A stretch of DNA of 56,768 nucleotides from an uncultured Lachnospiraceae bacterium (GTDB lineage Bacteria; Bacillota; Clostridia; Lachnospirales; Lachnospiraceae), in the NCBI GenBank assembly GCA_965114465.1, contig CBCOYO010000003.1:677-57444 (forward strand), given 5' to 3'. Positions 48,334 through 56,768 of the stretch are shown here, in pieces (position 1 is the stretch's first letter; every line of letters starts with the position of its first letter). Both the position numbers and the translations under genes were made by a program. Under the pieces are notes generated by a model. The model had not been told where the DNA came from, did not search any database, and saw only the letters and a program-made list of their open reading frames with translations.

Positions 48334-49638
48334 TTACTGTACATTAATCAACAGCACACTTAACGTAAAAATCCCATTCTGCGCCTGAATGCTTATCGCA
48401 CCCTGATATTTTTCTGCAACTGCCTTTACATTGGACAGCCCTATCCCTTTTGGGAAATGTCCATTACCTTGAAAACTGTTCTCTACGTTTAGCATAATAA
48501 AAGCTCCCTGCATATTTCCTGTCACATGGATAAATCGATCTGCCTCTTGCTCCATTTCCTTGCAGGCGCGGATTGCATTATCCAAAGCATTCGATAAAAT
48601 AATACAGAAATCAATATCCCGCACTGCACAAGAAACCGGCAGAACCAGTGCGCATTCTACTTGAATCCCCAGTTCTTCGGCTATCCCCAGCTTATTTCCT
48701 ATTAAAATATCCACCACTGGGTTATTGGTACTGTATGCTGCGGATAGTTCCCGTGTAATATCCTCCATACCACCGATATAGTCCAGTGCCTGATCCATTC
48801 TATTATTTTGCAAAAGCGCTTTTAGCATAATAATGTGATTTTTAATATCATGCCGGAACGAACGCGTTTTTTCATAATGTGTTTTTGCCTCCTCGACATA
48901 TTGGATTAATGAGTGTTCCTCCTGTTCCAGCAAGGACAGTTCCGTGCTTAAATGAAAATTTTCCAGCAGCTTTTTATAGGCAAACATTACACAAAACAAA
49001 CTTGCCAGCCCCAATAATTGGATAAGCAACATTTGATAATGATTTACATTTCTACCATTTTCACCACTCCAAATTCTATTTTCTACAACCGTACCACTAC
49101 CATAAACAGCAGAATTAATAGATTCATCCACTAGAAATATCATCAGCATTGGAATAAACAGCATTAATGCATATTGATTTTTCACAGTTTCATCGCATAG
49201 GAAATAACGATGTATTATGCGGTAACAAAAAACTGCAGCAGCCAGCGCCACAACGCCAAATGCCAAAGCAACAAAACTAACAATACCGCCGTCAATAGGA
49301 GTCAGCCACAAAAGTCCAATGCTTAATACTGAATGAAAAATTCCGGAACAAAGCTGCATAATTTCTACTGTAACAACAGCATACAAAGCAGACTGCACTC
49401 CCCCTGCGCAATAGACAAAAGCTCCTCCTACTGTTAGCAATATGGCATATATCAAAAACTGTGCAAAGTTTCCAAAACGCACAGTTATCAGCACTGTCAA
49501 GCCAAGAGCAGCAAATACAAAATAATCTATTCTTTTTGTTTTCTTTTCTAGGAAACGCACATAATAATGAAAGCCTGTCAGCATTTCTAAAATGCCCATA
49601 ATATAAGAGTAAAAAATATCCCCATTTTCTAATAACAT
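48334..49638 (-). CDS. AgrC/VirS-like membrane GHKL histidine kinase
   Basis: Multiple TM, FRHDIKNH, NALDNAI.A, GIGLSNV. Confidence 0.9.
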   Translation of the reverse strand: MLLENGDIFYSYIMGILEMLTGFHYYVRFLEKKTKRIDYFVFAALGLTVLITVRFGNFAQFLIYAILLTVGGAFVYCAGGVQSALYAVVTVEIMQLCSGIFHSVLSIGLLWLTPIDGGIVSFVALAFGVVALAAAVFCYRIIHRYFLCDETVKNQYALMLFIPMLMIFLVDESINSAVYGSGTVVENRIWSGENGRNVNHYQMLLIQLLGLASLFCVMFAYKKLLENFHLSTELSLLEQEEHSLIQYVEEAKTHYEKTRSFRHDIKNHIIMLKALLQNNRMDQALDYIGGMEDITRELSAAYSTNNPVVDILIGNKLGIAEELGIQVECALVLPVSCAVRDIDFCIILSNALDNAIRACKEMEQEADRFIHVTGNMQGAFIMLNVENSFQGNGHFPKGIGLSNVKAVAEKYQGAISIQAQNGIFTLSVLLINVQ

Positions 49639-49675
49639 TTATCTATTACCTGCTTTGCATAGGTGTTGCCAATTA

Positions 49676-51412
49676 TTATCCTATCAGGCATTCTTTCCCC
49701 CGAAATGCAAACCCATATTTGCGAATTTGCTCTGGTGCATAACCACACGATATGAGCTCTGTTTCATACTGCTTTTCCTCAATCTGAGCACGGGCATTTG
49801 CCAGAGTATCTTCAAGTGTTTTCTCGTCCTCATCGGGATCTAATACTTTAAACTCAAAGATAAAAGCCTTTTTCGTTTTATCGAGCGGCTCTATCATCAC
49901 ATCATAACGTCCAAAACCACTCTCTCTGTTAGAGCGTACTTTGTAGGCATCTGAAAGATTTACTACCATACCAAGCACAAAACCATGGTAAAACCGCTCT
50001 GGTTCTGCCTGATCGGAAGGCTTGTTCCCGCTGTCAAAGGAACTGAACGTGTTTAGAGCAACCTTATTCATAAATGTGTTCATCTTTTTTACATTGTCAT
50101 TTAGAAGTGCTTTCATAAACTCATTGTAATATACTTCTGTATCATTTTTAAACCATCCTTTTACCATTTTGCGAAACATTCGCTTAGTTTCAAGGTTCGT
50201 AATGGTGAGTGTATACCAAGTATCCCCTTCCTCGCCTACTCCTTCCTCATCGGTATCCAGCATTCTCACATTTAACACTTTCAGATATCCTGTTGCAAGT
50301 AAAAGACTCCACACTGCATCTGCGCTGCCGTTTAACTGATCAAACACTATTTTTTCATCAATTTCAGCCTCAAAGCTTTTACCTTGCAGGAGATCTTCCA
50401 TTATCTGTTTTATATCCGAGTTTCCTTTTTGAATCAACTGATTCACCAGTCCATTCCCGCTTGTGTTAGACCAATAGGTATCATATTTTCCTTTTTTATT
50501 GATAAAAGACACAATCGACCATGGATTATAAATATCAGCACAAACACCGAATATAAATCCATCATACCATCTTTTTACTTTTTGTTTCTGTTCCCCTAAC
50601 CCCGCATCTTCAAGCGCCATAAAAACTTCGTCTTCTGTAAATCCAAAAGATGTCATATATTTATCAGAAGTTGTCGTAATAACATCAAGGTTATTCATAC
50701 CAGTGAAAATACTTTCTTTTGCAACCCTTGTTATACCTGTGATTAATCCGCGTTCAAGGTATTCGTTTGTCTTGAATGTGGAGTTGAACAAACCACTAAA
50801 AAATCTGACAGTTTCTTCCCAGTACCCCAAAATCCATGCATCCTGCATCGGTGTATCATATTCATCCAAGATAATAATTACCTTTTGACCATAATAGCGC
50901 TGCATAAAACCTGCCATTGAACGTATTGCGCCATCCGCTAATTCGCTGCTCATTCCAAGCTCTATTTCCTGATAATATTTCTGCTCTCTTTCATTTAGCA
51001 GATTACCCTCTAACAAATAGTCATTTTGATTATATAAATCAGTAATTACTTCTGTTATCTTAAACAGCATCTCTTTATATGTTGTCGCTTTCACATTGGC
51101 AAAACTTAAAAAAATTACTGGAAAAGTCCCCTGCAATCTTCGGTATTTATATTCCCCATCCAGAGATTTTTCCTCCCATATAGACAAGCCTTCAAACAAT
51201 TCACTCCTTCCTGCATATTTATTAGAGAAAAAACATTCTATCATACTCATATTTAATGTTTTTCCAAATCTGCGCGGGCGTGTGATTAAAGTAACTTTAT
51301 CAGCGTTTTCCCACCATTCCTTGATAAAATCAGTTTTATCAATATAAAATATATGTCCCGTTCTCACTTCCTCAAAATTCTGATATCCAAGTCCTGCCTT
51401 ATTTTCATTCAT
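49676..51412 (-). CDS. AAA-ATPase-like protein with C-terminal PD-(D/E)XK nuclease domain
   Basis: TRPRRFGKTLN, LDEYDTP, SNRESGFGRYDV...IFEFK. Confidence 0.92.
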   Translation of the reverse strand: MNENKAGLGYQNFEEVRTGHIFYIDKTDFIKEWWENADKVTLITRPRRFGKTLNMSMIECFFSNKYAGRSELFEGLSIWEEKSLDGEYKYRRLQGTFPVIFLSFANVKATTYKEMLFKITEVITDLYNQNDYLLEGNLLNEREQKYYQEIELGMSSELADGAIRSMAGFMQRYYGQKVIIILDEYDTPMQDAWILGYWEETVRFFSGLFNSTFKTNEYLERGLITGITRVAKESIFTGMNNLDVITTTSDKYMTSFGFTEDEVFMALEDAGLGEQKQKVKRWYDGFIFGVCADIYNPWSIVSFINKKGKYDTYWSNTSGNGLVNQLIQKGNSDIKQIMEDLLQGKSFEAEIDEKIVFDQLNGSADAVWSLLLATGYLKVLNVRMLDTDEEGVGEEGDTWYTLTITNLETKRMFRKMVKGWFKNDTEVYYNEFMKALLNDNVKKMNTFMNKVALNTFSSFDSGNKPSDQAEPERFYHGFVLGMVVNLSDAYKVRSNRESGFGRYDVMIEPLDKTKKAFIFEFKVLDPDEDEKTLEDTLANARAQIEEKQYETELISCGYAPEQIRKYGFAFRGKECLIG

Positions 51413-51479
51413 ATGATTTTCTCCCTCAATGGTAATTCATTACTATCTAGTATATACGATACCAGCTTTTTTCACAATA

Positions 51480-51600
51480 TATACTGCTTAACAGTTAAAG
51501 TTTCTGAGTAACCTGACGTTACAATTCACACCAACGCCAGATTTTGCAACAATTTACGAACATTCGGTGTGAATTGCAACAATTGATGCACACAAAACGC
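51480..51600. repeat. Partial family C (51480-51517) fused to family E element (51518-51600)
   Basis: Homology to other copies in the window. Confidence 0.75.
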
Positions 51601-51626
51601 TAAAGTAAAAAAGAGATTACAAGCCC

Positions 51627-52343
51627 TCACTGTTGTGAATTAATATACTGCATTATCCCCATATGAATAGCCCATGCTATTTTTTCTTGATAATCCTCCT
51701 GCACAAGAAGTTCTGCTTCGGTAGGATTGCTCATAAAGGCACACTCCACAATCATAATCGGTACTGATGTTTTCTTTAATAGATAATAACTACTATTGTC
51801 TTTTGCTACACGCTCCTTGTTTGGTTTTAGAGATTGAATCAATTGTTTCTGCATAATTTCTGCTGCTTCTTTGCTTTTGACAGAATCCTTATAATAGAAC
51901 ACTTGTACCCCACTAACAGATGCATCAGGATAACTATTTTGATGAATACTGACCGCAAGAACAGGCTCTGCCTCCTCAATAATGGCAAGTCTGTTCTTCA
52001 TATCGTGAACTTTTTTGTTGGAATCACCTGCCTTGTACAGACCTTTATCTTCGGTTCTTGTCATTACTACATTAATGCCTTGCAGCTTTAGATATTTTTC
52101 TAATTTCAGTGCAACAGCTAAATTGATATCCTTTTCCAAAGCACCATTAACGCCTACTTTGCCGGGATCACTTCCTCCATGTCCAGCATCAATCACAATT
52201 GTAATCGGCTTTTTGCCACCATTTTTCACATTTCCTTCCAAAGCACTGGCATACTGTACCGATTCACGCGCTAATACCAGCATTGCCAATACCAGCAGCA
52301 CCGCTAATATTTTTGTTGTATTCCTGCTCTGATTTTCACTCAT
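51627..52343 (-). CDS. N-acetylmuramoyl-L-alanine amidase (Amidase_3, CwlD-like)
   Basis: IDAGHGGSDPG, EKDINL, SIHQN, VECAFMSN. Confidence 0.93.
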   Translation of the reverse strand: MSENQSRNTTKILAVLLVLAMLVLARESVQYASALEGNVKNGGKKPITIVIDAGHGGSDPGKVGVNGALEKDINLAVALKLEKYLKLQGINVVMTRTEDKGLYKAGDSNKKVHDMKNRLAIIEEAEPVLAVSIHQNSYPDASVSGVQVFYYKDSVKSKEAAEIMQKQLIQSLKPNKERVAKDNSSYYLLKKTSVPIMIVECAFMSNPTEAELLVQEDYQEKIAWAIHMGIMQYINSQQ

Positions 52344-52466
52344 AATTCTATACCCTGCAAAAATCCTTTGTCACTAATATATGATTTTGTTAAGCAGGCA
52401 ATGCAAAAAAATATTTTATTACTATTCAGGATTACTGCTTTGCAAAGCATCAAGTCATACAGTTCT

Positions 52467-53318
52467 TTATCGTCCCATTACTTTTCCAATTCCACAATTT
52501 AGCAAAAACACGACAATATCTGCTGCGACTATCGTAGAACCAACTGGCGTGGAAAACAGTATTGACAGCAAAATTCCTGCTAACGAACAGCACACGGAAA
52601 TCATGGCAGAATAAATCACAACACCTTTAAAATGATTGACAACACGCATTGCGGAAAGCGCTGGAAATATTACAAGCGCGGAAATCAATAGCGAACCGAC
52701 TAAATTCATGGCTAGTACAATAATTACCGCTGTAATAACGGCAATCAGCATATTATAGACATTCGCTTTGATTCCAGCCACTTGCGAGAAATCCTCGTCA
52801 AACGTAACGGCAAATATTCGATTATAAAACAAAATAAACAACACTACCACAATAACAGACATTACCACACACAATCCCACTTCAGCCCTTGTCAATGTTA
52901 ATATTGATGTTGAACCAAAAAGTGTACTGCATACATCCCCTGAAATATTTGCCGATACAGAAAATAAATTTAAGATTAGATACCCCACGGTAAGAGAACC
53001 CACCGACAGCATAGCAATTGCCGCATCCCCTTGAATCTTTGTTTTTTTGCCAGTGCGCAGCAGCAGAACTGCCGCAATGATTGTCACTGGCATTACTACC
53101 AATGTACTGTTTGCAATATCCAGAAGGGATGCCACCGCCAAAGCACCGAATGCCACGTGAGAAAGCCCGTCCCCAATATAGGAAAAGCGTTTCAGCACCA
53201 GCGTAACGCCTAAAAGCGATGAACATAACGCAATTAATGTGCCTGTAATTAAAGCATACCGCACAAACGGATACGAGAGATAAAATTGAATCGTTTCTAA
53301 AATGTTTCCTGTACCCAT
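52467..53318 (-). CDS. Zn/Mn ABC permease (ZnuB/AdcB-like)
   Basis: IGDGLSHVAFG, TFDEDF, VGSLLISAL. Confidence 0.93.
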   Translation of the reverse strand: MGTGNILETIQFYLSYPFVRYALITGTLIALCSSLLGVTLVLKRFSYIGDGLSHVAFGALAVASLLDIANSTLVVMPVTIIAAVLLLRTGKKTKIQGDAAIAMLSVGSLTVGYLILNLFSVSANISGDVCSTLFGSTSILTLTRAEVGLCVVMSVIVVVLFILFYNRIFAVTFDEDFSQVAGIKANVYNMLIAVITAVIIVLAMNLVGSLLISALVIFPALSAMRVVNHFKGVVIYSAMISVCCSLAGILLSILFSTPVGSTIVAADIVVFLLNCGIGKVMGR

Positions 53319-54019
53319 TACTTTATTCCACCTCCAAGTTCTTTCCAAAAATCGCTCTGCTGGTATTGCTTTGTCGTTCCAATAAAAGACTTTTCTTTCT
53401 CAATATGTAGAATATGACTTGCATATCGCAGTGCTGCATGAATATCATGTGACACCATAATAATGGTAAGTCCTTCCTGATTGAGTTTCTGAATTAACTG
53501 ATAAAATTCCACTGTCACTTTTGGATCAAGTCCTGTAACCGGCTCATCCAGCACCAAAAGGCTTGCAGACGCACAAAGGGCACGCGCCAAAAGTACCCGC
53601 TGCTGCTGACCTCCGGAAAGATTGCGATAACATTCTTTTTTTATATCCCATATATCCATGCGGCGCATATTTTTCTCGGCAAGACGCTTTTGCTCTTTTC
53701 CATAAAAAGGACGTCTGGCACACTGCGAAAGTGTTCCTGACAATACGATTTCCCATACAGACGCCGGAAAATCTTTTTGTACAAACGTCTGCTGTGGAAG
53801 ATAGCCAATTCCATGTGCTTTCAGTCCATCGCCGATTACAATATTTCCGCCCATTAAAGGTGTCAGCCCCAACAGTGTTTTCATTAATGTACTTTTCCCT
53901 GCGCCGTTTTCACCTACAATACACAGATAGTCGCCCTGATTTACCGAAAAACAGATATGCTCCGCAACCACTGTTCCCTCATACCCAAGCACAAGATCTT
54001 CGCAATTAATATATGCCAT
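53318..54019 (-). CDS. Zn/Mn ABC ATPase (ZnuC/AdcC-like)
   Basis: GENGAGKST, GYLPQQ...FPASV, LSGGQQQRV. Confidence 0.93.
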   Translation of the reverse strand: MAYINCEDLVLGYEGTVVAEHICFSVNQGDYLCIVGENGAGKSTLMKTLLGLTPLMGGNIVIGDGLKAHGIGYLPQQTFVQKDFPASVWEIVLSGTLSQCARRPFYGKEQKRLAEKNMRRMDIWDIKKECYRNLSGGQQQRVLLARALCASASLLVLDEPVTGLDPKVTVEFYQLIQKLNQEGLTIIMVSHDIHAALRYASHILHIEKEKSFIGTTKQYQQSDFWKELGGGIK

Positions 54020-54239
54020 CTCAAGTCACTCCCCTTTTCCCCAAAGATTGCTACGCACAGCATTTATCCCGTTTAACCATACCAAACGGAATCCCACTTC
54101 CTACAAACACACCGCCACATTTAACAAATTTCCAACTATTACCTATGCTAGTCCAACTTGCAGCCTCCTACGATTCGCCACCGCATTTCGTAATTTATAC
54201 TAGCGAGCACATAAATTTGCCAATAATACCGACCCACAA

Positions 54240-54337
54240 GGGGCTGTCGCATTAAGGAAAACAGATATAAGATATCGTAATGCTGTATTGTATTTTGCAC
54301 TATATCTTATATAATCAAAGCTTATTGCGACAACCCC
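54240..54337. mobile_element. Family A element overlapping the stop of the metal-binding gene
   Basis: GGGGCTGTCGCA...TGCGACAACCCC. Confidence 0.85.
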
Positions 54338-55461
54338 ACATAACAGTTTTTCAGCACCTGCAAATTTTCTTTCATAATAGAAAGATACGTTATACCGTCT
54401 GCAATCTCTTGCTTTGTAACGGACTGCATAGAATTTAAAACGGCAATCTGTTGGTCTTTACTTTTTGTATTTTCAATAACAACCTGTGCAAGCCGCTTGT
54501 CAGATCCGTCTATTACAAAAACTGTGTTAAGTCCTAATTCCTCTAGCTTTTTCACTAAAAATACCACGGTCTGAAAACTAGCTTCTGTTTCTGCACTACA
54601 CCCATCAAATGCCGCAAAACACTGCAAACCATAGTCTTCCGCCAGATAGCGGAACGGATACCTATCCGCAAATAACAGTGTACAAGCCATAGAATCCGTA
54701 GGTAACGTTGTTTCTTCATTTGAAAACAATGACGTTTCTTGTCCTAAATCCGATGTCGCAAATAAACTGCTATAGGCATTGTCAAGCGTTTGCAGCTCTG
54801 TTAAATATGCATTACAATTTGCTCGATACAGTGGTGCATTTTCTGTGTCTAGCTGTTCCAATTCCGTGCAAATTTCTGCTACAAGACGTTCTGTATTGCG
54901 CAAGGAAAGCCAAACGTGCTCATCATATCCATGCCCCTCTGCACCTTCGTTATGATGATGCTCGGATTCCTGATGCGAATGTCCCTGTACCCCTTCTATA
55001 TGCTCCTCCTCTTTCAAAGAATCTTCGATTCTTTCCATCATATTGAAAATATGCATATCTGTATTTACCGACTCTCGCAACGCATCCTGCACCCATAAAT
55101 CGGACTCACCACCGACATAAATTAGCAAATCGCAGTCCGAAACTTGCGCAATATCCATAGCAGATGGCTGGAAATTATGCAGATCGCCGCCTTCTGTTAA
55201 TAAGACCAATTCCAAATATTCTTCCGCACCGGCTGTCAGCGCGCGCACCCAGTCATATTGCGGAAATGTTGTACATACAATATGAAGCTTCCCGTCATCT
55301 GCAAATACACTCGTTCGATTTCTATTGCCGCAGCCTGCAAGCAGCACAACGCTGATTGCTACAATGCATATGATAATCTGAGCAGGCTGCAATGCATCTA
55401 TAACTGCAACGAATTTACTTTTATGTTTATATCGCTTAAATATCAAATTTTTTCCTCCCAT
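54322..55461 (-). CDS. Zn/Mn ABC substrate-binding lipoprotein (ZnuA/AdcA-like); start uncertain
   Basis: Lipobox LLAGC, DLHNFQPS, His-rich loop, DEHVWLS. Confidence 0.9.
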   Translation of the reverse strand: MGGKNLIFKRYKHKSKFVAVIDALQPAQIIICIVAISVVLLAGCGNRNRTSVFADDGKLHIVCTTFPQYDWVRALTAGAEEYLELVLLTEGGDLHNFQPSAMDIAQVSDCDLLIYVGGESDLWVQDALRESVNTDMHIFNMMERIEDSLKEEEHIEGVQGHSHQESEHHHNEGAEGHGYDEHVWLSLRNTERLVAEICTELEQLDTENAPLYRANCNAYLTELQTLDNAYSSLFATSDLGQETSLFSNEETTLPTDSMACTLLFADRYPFRYLAEDYGLQCFAAFDGCSAETEASFQTVVFLVKKLEELGLNTVFVIDGSDKRLAQVVIENTKSKDQQIAVLNSMQSVTKQEIADGITYLSIMKENLQVLKNCYVGLSQ

Positions 55462-55568
55462 GCAGCGCAGACCATATCGTAAACGACAAAAGTATTTACC
55501 ATTTGCTATAATTAATGCATACGATCGCATAAGGAATATAGTCGCTTTAAGGCATACAGTCGGCGCAT

Positions 55569-55666
55569 GGGGCTGTCGCAATAAGCTTTGATTTTACAAG
55601 ATATAGTATAAATCGCAACATGATGTTAGACTATCTTGTATACGTTTTTCTTATTGCGACAGCCCC
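55569..55666. mobile_element. Family A element in the leader of the metal ABC operon
   Basis: Perfect terminal inverted repeats, 98 bp. Confidence 0.88.
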
Positions 55667-55760
55667 TATAATATTTTATAGTAATCTTGTATTCGTTTCG
55701 TGTAAAGTCAAGAAATACCTATCAGCCTCTATATAACTGTGTAAAATTCCTACTCACTTT

Positions 55761-55811
55761 TGCAAATCGTTTGCATTTTGTAATTATAAACATACTTTCT
55801 TTAATTGTCAA
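55761..55811 (-). promoter_or_regulatory. Consensus sigma-A promoter with Zur/Fur-type box at the start site
   Basis: Minus strand TTGACA-17 bp-TATAAT (55811-55783), then 7-1-7 palindrome TGCAAAT-C-GTTTGCA (55761-55775). Confidence 0.72.
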
Positions 55812-55866
55812 GGAGTTTTTATTTTGGGAATTAAGAACAGATGAAAATACTGTTACAATTCACACC

Positions 55867-55979
55867 CAATGTCATTAACTTAAGGCATTTCTGACCGAAA
55901 CTCGGTTGTACAAAACCTTGAATTGCCAGACATTTTCTAATGCTAATCAGGGGGCAGAAGGCTTAAGTTAATGACATAG
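55867..55979. mobile_element. 113-bp MITE with IS4-like ends inserted in a family E element
   Basis: TIR CAATGTCATTAACTTAAG (17/18 match); 9-bp target duplication ATTCACACC at 55858-55866 and 55980-55988. Confidence 0.85.
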
Positions 55980-56055
55980 ATTCACACCAACGCCAAATTT
56001 TGCAACAATTTACGAACATTCGGTGTGAATTGCAACAATTCATGCACACAATACG

Positions 56056-56768
56056 CTAATGTAAAAAAGCAAAAGCTTTTAGCATTTTGGCGCATGATGT
56101 TGTATCTGTACGCCATCGCTGTTCTCCAAGATTATTTCCGGTCGTCCCTTTCGTGGGTAAAATCTGTGCTGTTTGTCTTCTTCCATCTGGAAAAACCCCT
56201 CCGGCAGTTCTAATTGCAAACCGATCTTGTCCAGATTCACTGAAACGAACTGGATACTGTTCTGTAGACAGCTTTCGCTCTCCTCTGCGCAGAATTGGTT
56301 CATACTTTTGTTTTTCTCCCTTCTTCTTAAAACTTATCTGAAATTTATCTGCGATTTCTTTTCTTTTTTGCAGCACCACTTTCTACTTTGGCTGAATTGG
56401 CTCAAAAACCTTTTTTTCCAATTCGCTTACCGCATTCATACGGCTTGAAATGGAATTTAGATGGTTGATTTTATCTATCGCAGGATTTTTCCCAAATCCG
56501 CCCGTTTCCATAGATTCGCTCATATTAATATATCCCCTTTTTACTAAAGAGAGTTCTTTTGGTGCTTTGAACAGGATATTGCCGCCTTTTAACCCAATGG
56601 TTTCTTTGGCTGTTATGGTTACTGTACGATGACTTACTATCTGCACACCCTGCGAATCAGAGAGTTTTAGTTCTAACCGTTTTTTTGTTTCATATCCCGA
56701 AATCCCATTGCAGTTGGTTCTAAATACATACGCTTCTTATCTTTCGTTGTAAAATAGCGATGCGTATT
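56056..56768 (-). pseudogene. Fragmented ORF(s) entering from window end; possible VgrG/phage-spike-like remnant
   Basis: HRYFTTKDKKRMYLEPTAMGF, then frameshift to LELKLSDSQGVQIVSHRTVTITAKETIGLKGGNILFKA (beta-repeat-like); in-frame stop at ~56383. Confidence 0.3.

Noticed and set aside
55462-55581. Long N-terminal extension of the metal-binding lipoprotein
   Set aside because: Starts inside a family A element and far from the lipobox

Overview
Low-GC Firmicute chromosomal window, probably Lachnospiraceae (inferred from gene content and intergenic repeat style). 1-8.8 kb: two sister CRISPR arrays (10 and 6 repeats of 37 bp) with a shared leader and trailer. They precede a stripped type III-A locus: a membrane protein with a REC/NARF-like C-terminus (Cam2-like), cas10 with intact GGDD but no HD motif, csm2, csm3, csm4 and cas6. 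No csm5, csm6/csx1, cas1 or cas2 is in the window. 9-18 kb: housekeeping genes (cvpA-like, LysM protein, galM, recR, ybaB/ebfC, dnaX, pfkA). 18-41 kb: BlaI/M56 pair; two chemoreceptors, one broken at a G11 tract and lying downstream of a non-canonical KAS III and a hydrolase; an aminotransferase; GntR-ABC; an orphan NADAR-like gene; TCS-ABC; ECF sigma/RsiV. 41.5-46.2 kb is the most striking unannotated feature. A helical protein with a TerD-like C-terminus and a DUF2828/vWA protein, both plausibly Ro60/TROVE-like, are each followed by their own structured tRNA-mimic RNAs. These are a circularly permuted YrlA-type RNA with a short sibling sharing a covarying stem, and a non-permuted tRNA shell with an ~80-nt anticodon insert and ACAGCA motifs. 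47-56.8 kb: AAA/PD-(D/E)XK genes, HD protein, orphan GHKL kinase, amidase, Zn/Mn ABC transporter and a decayed ORF. Intergenic DNA holds at least six families of ~80-145 bp palindromic MITE/REP-like elements, several nested. All family assignments come from motifs recognised by eye, not from database searches.
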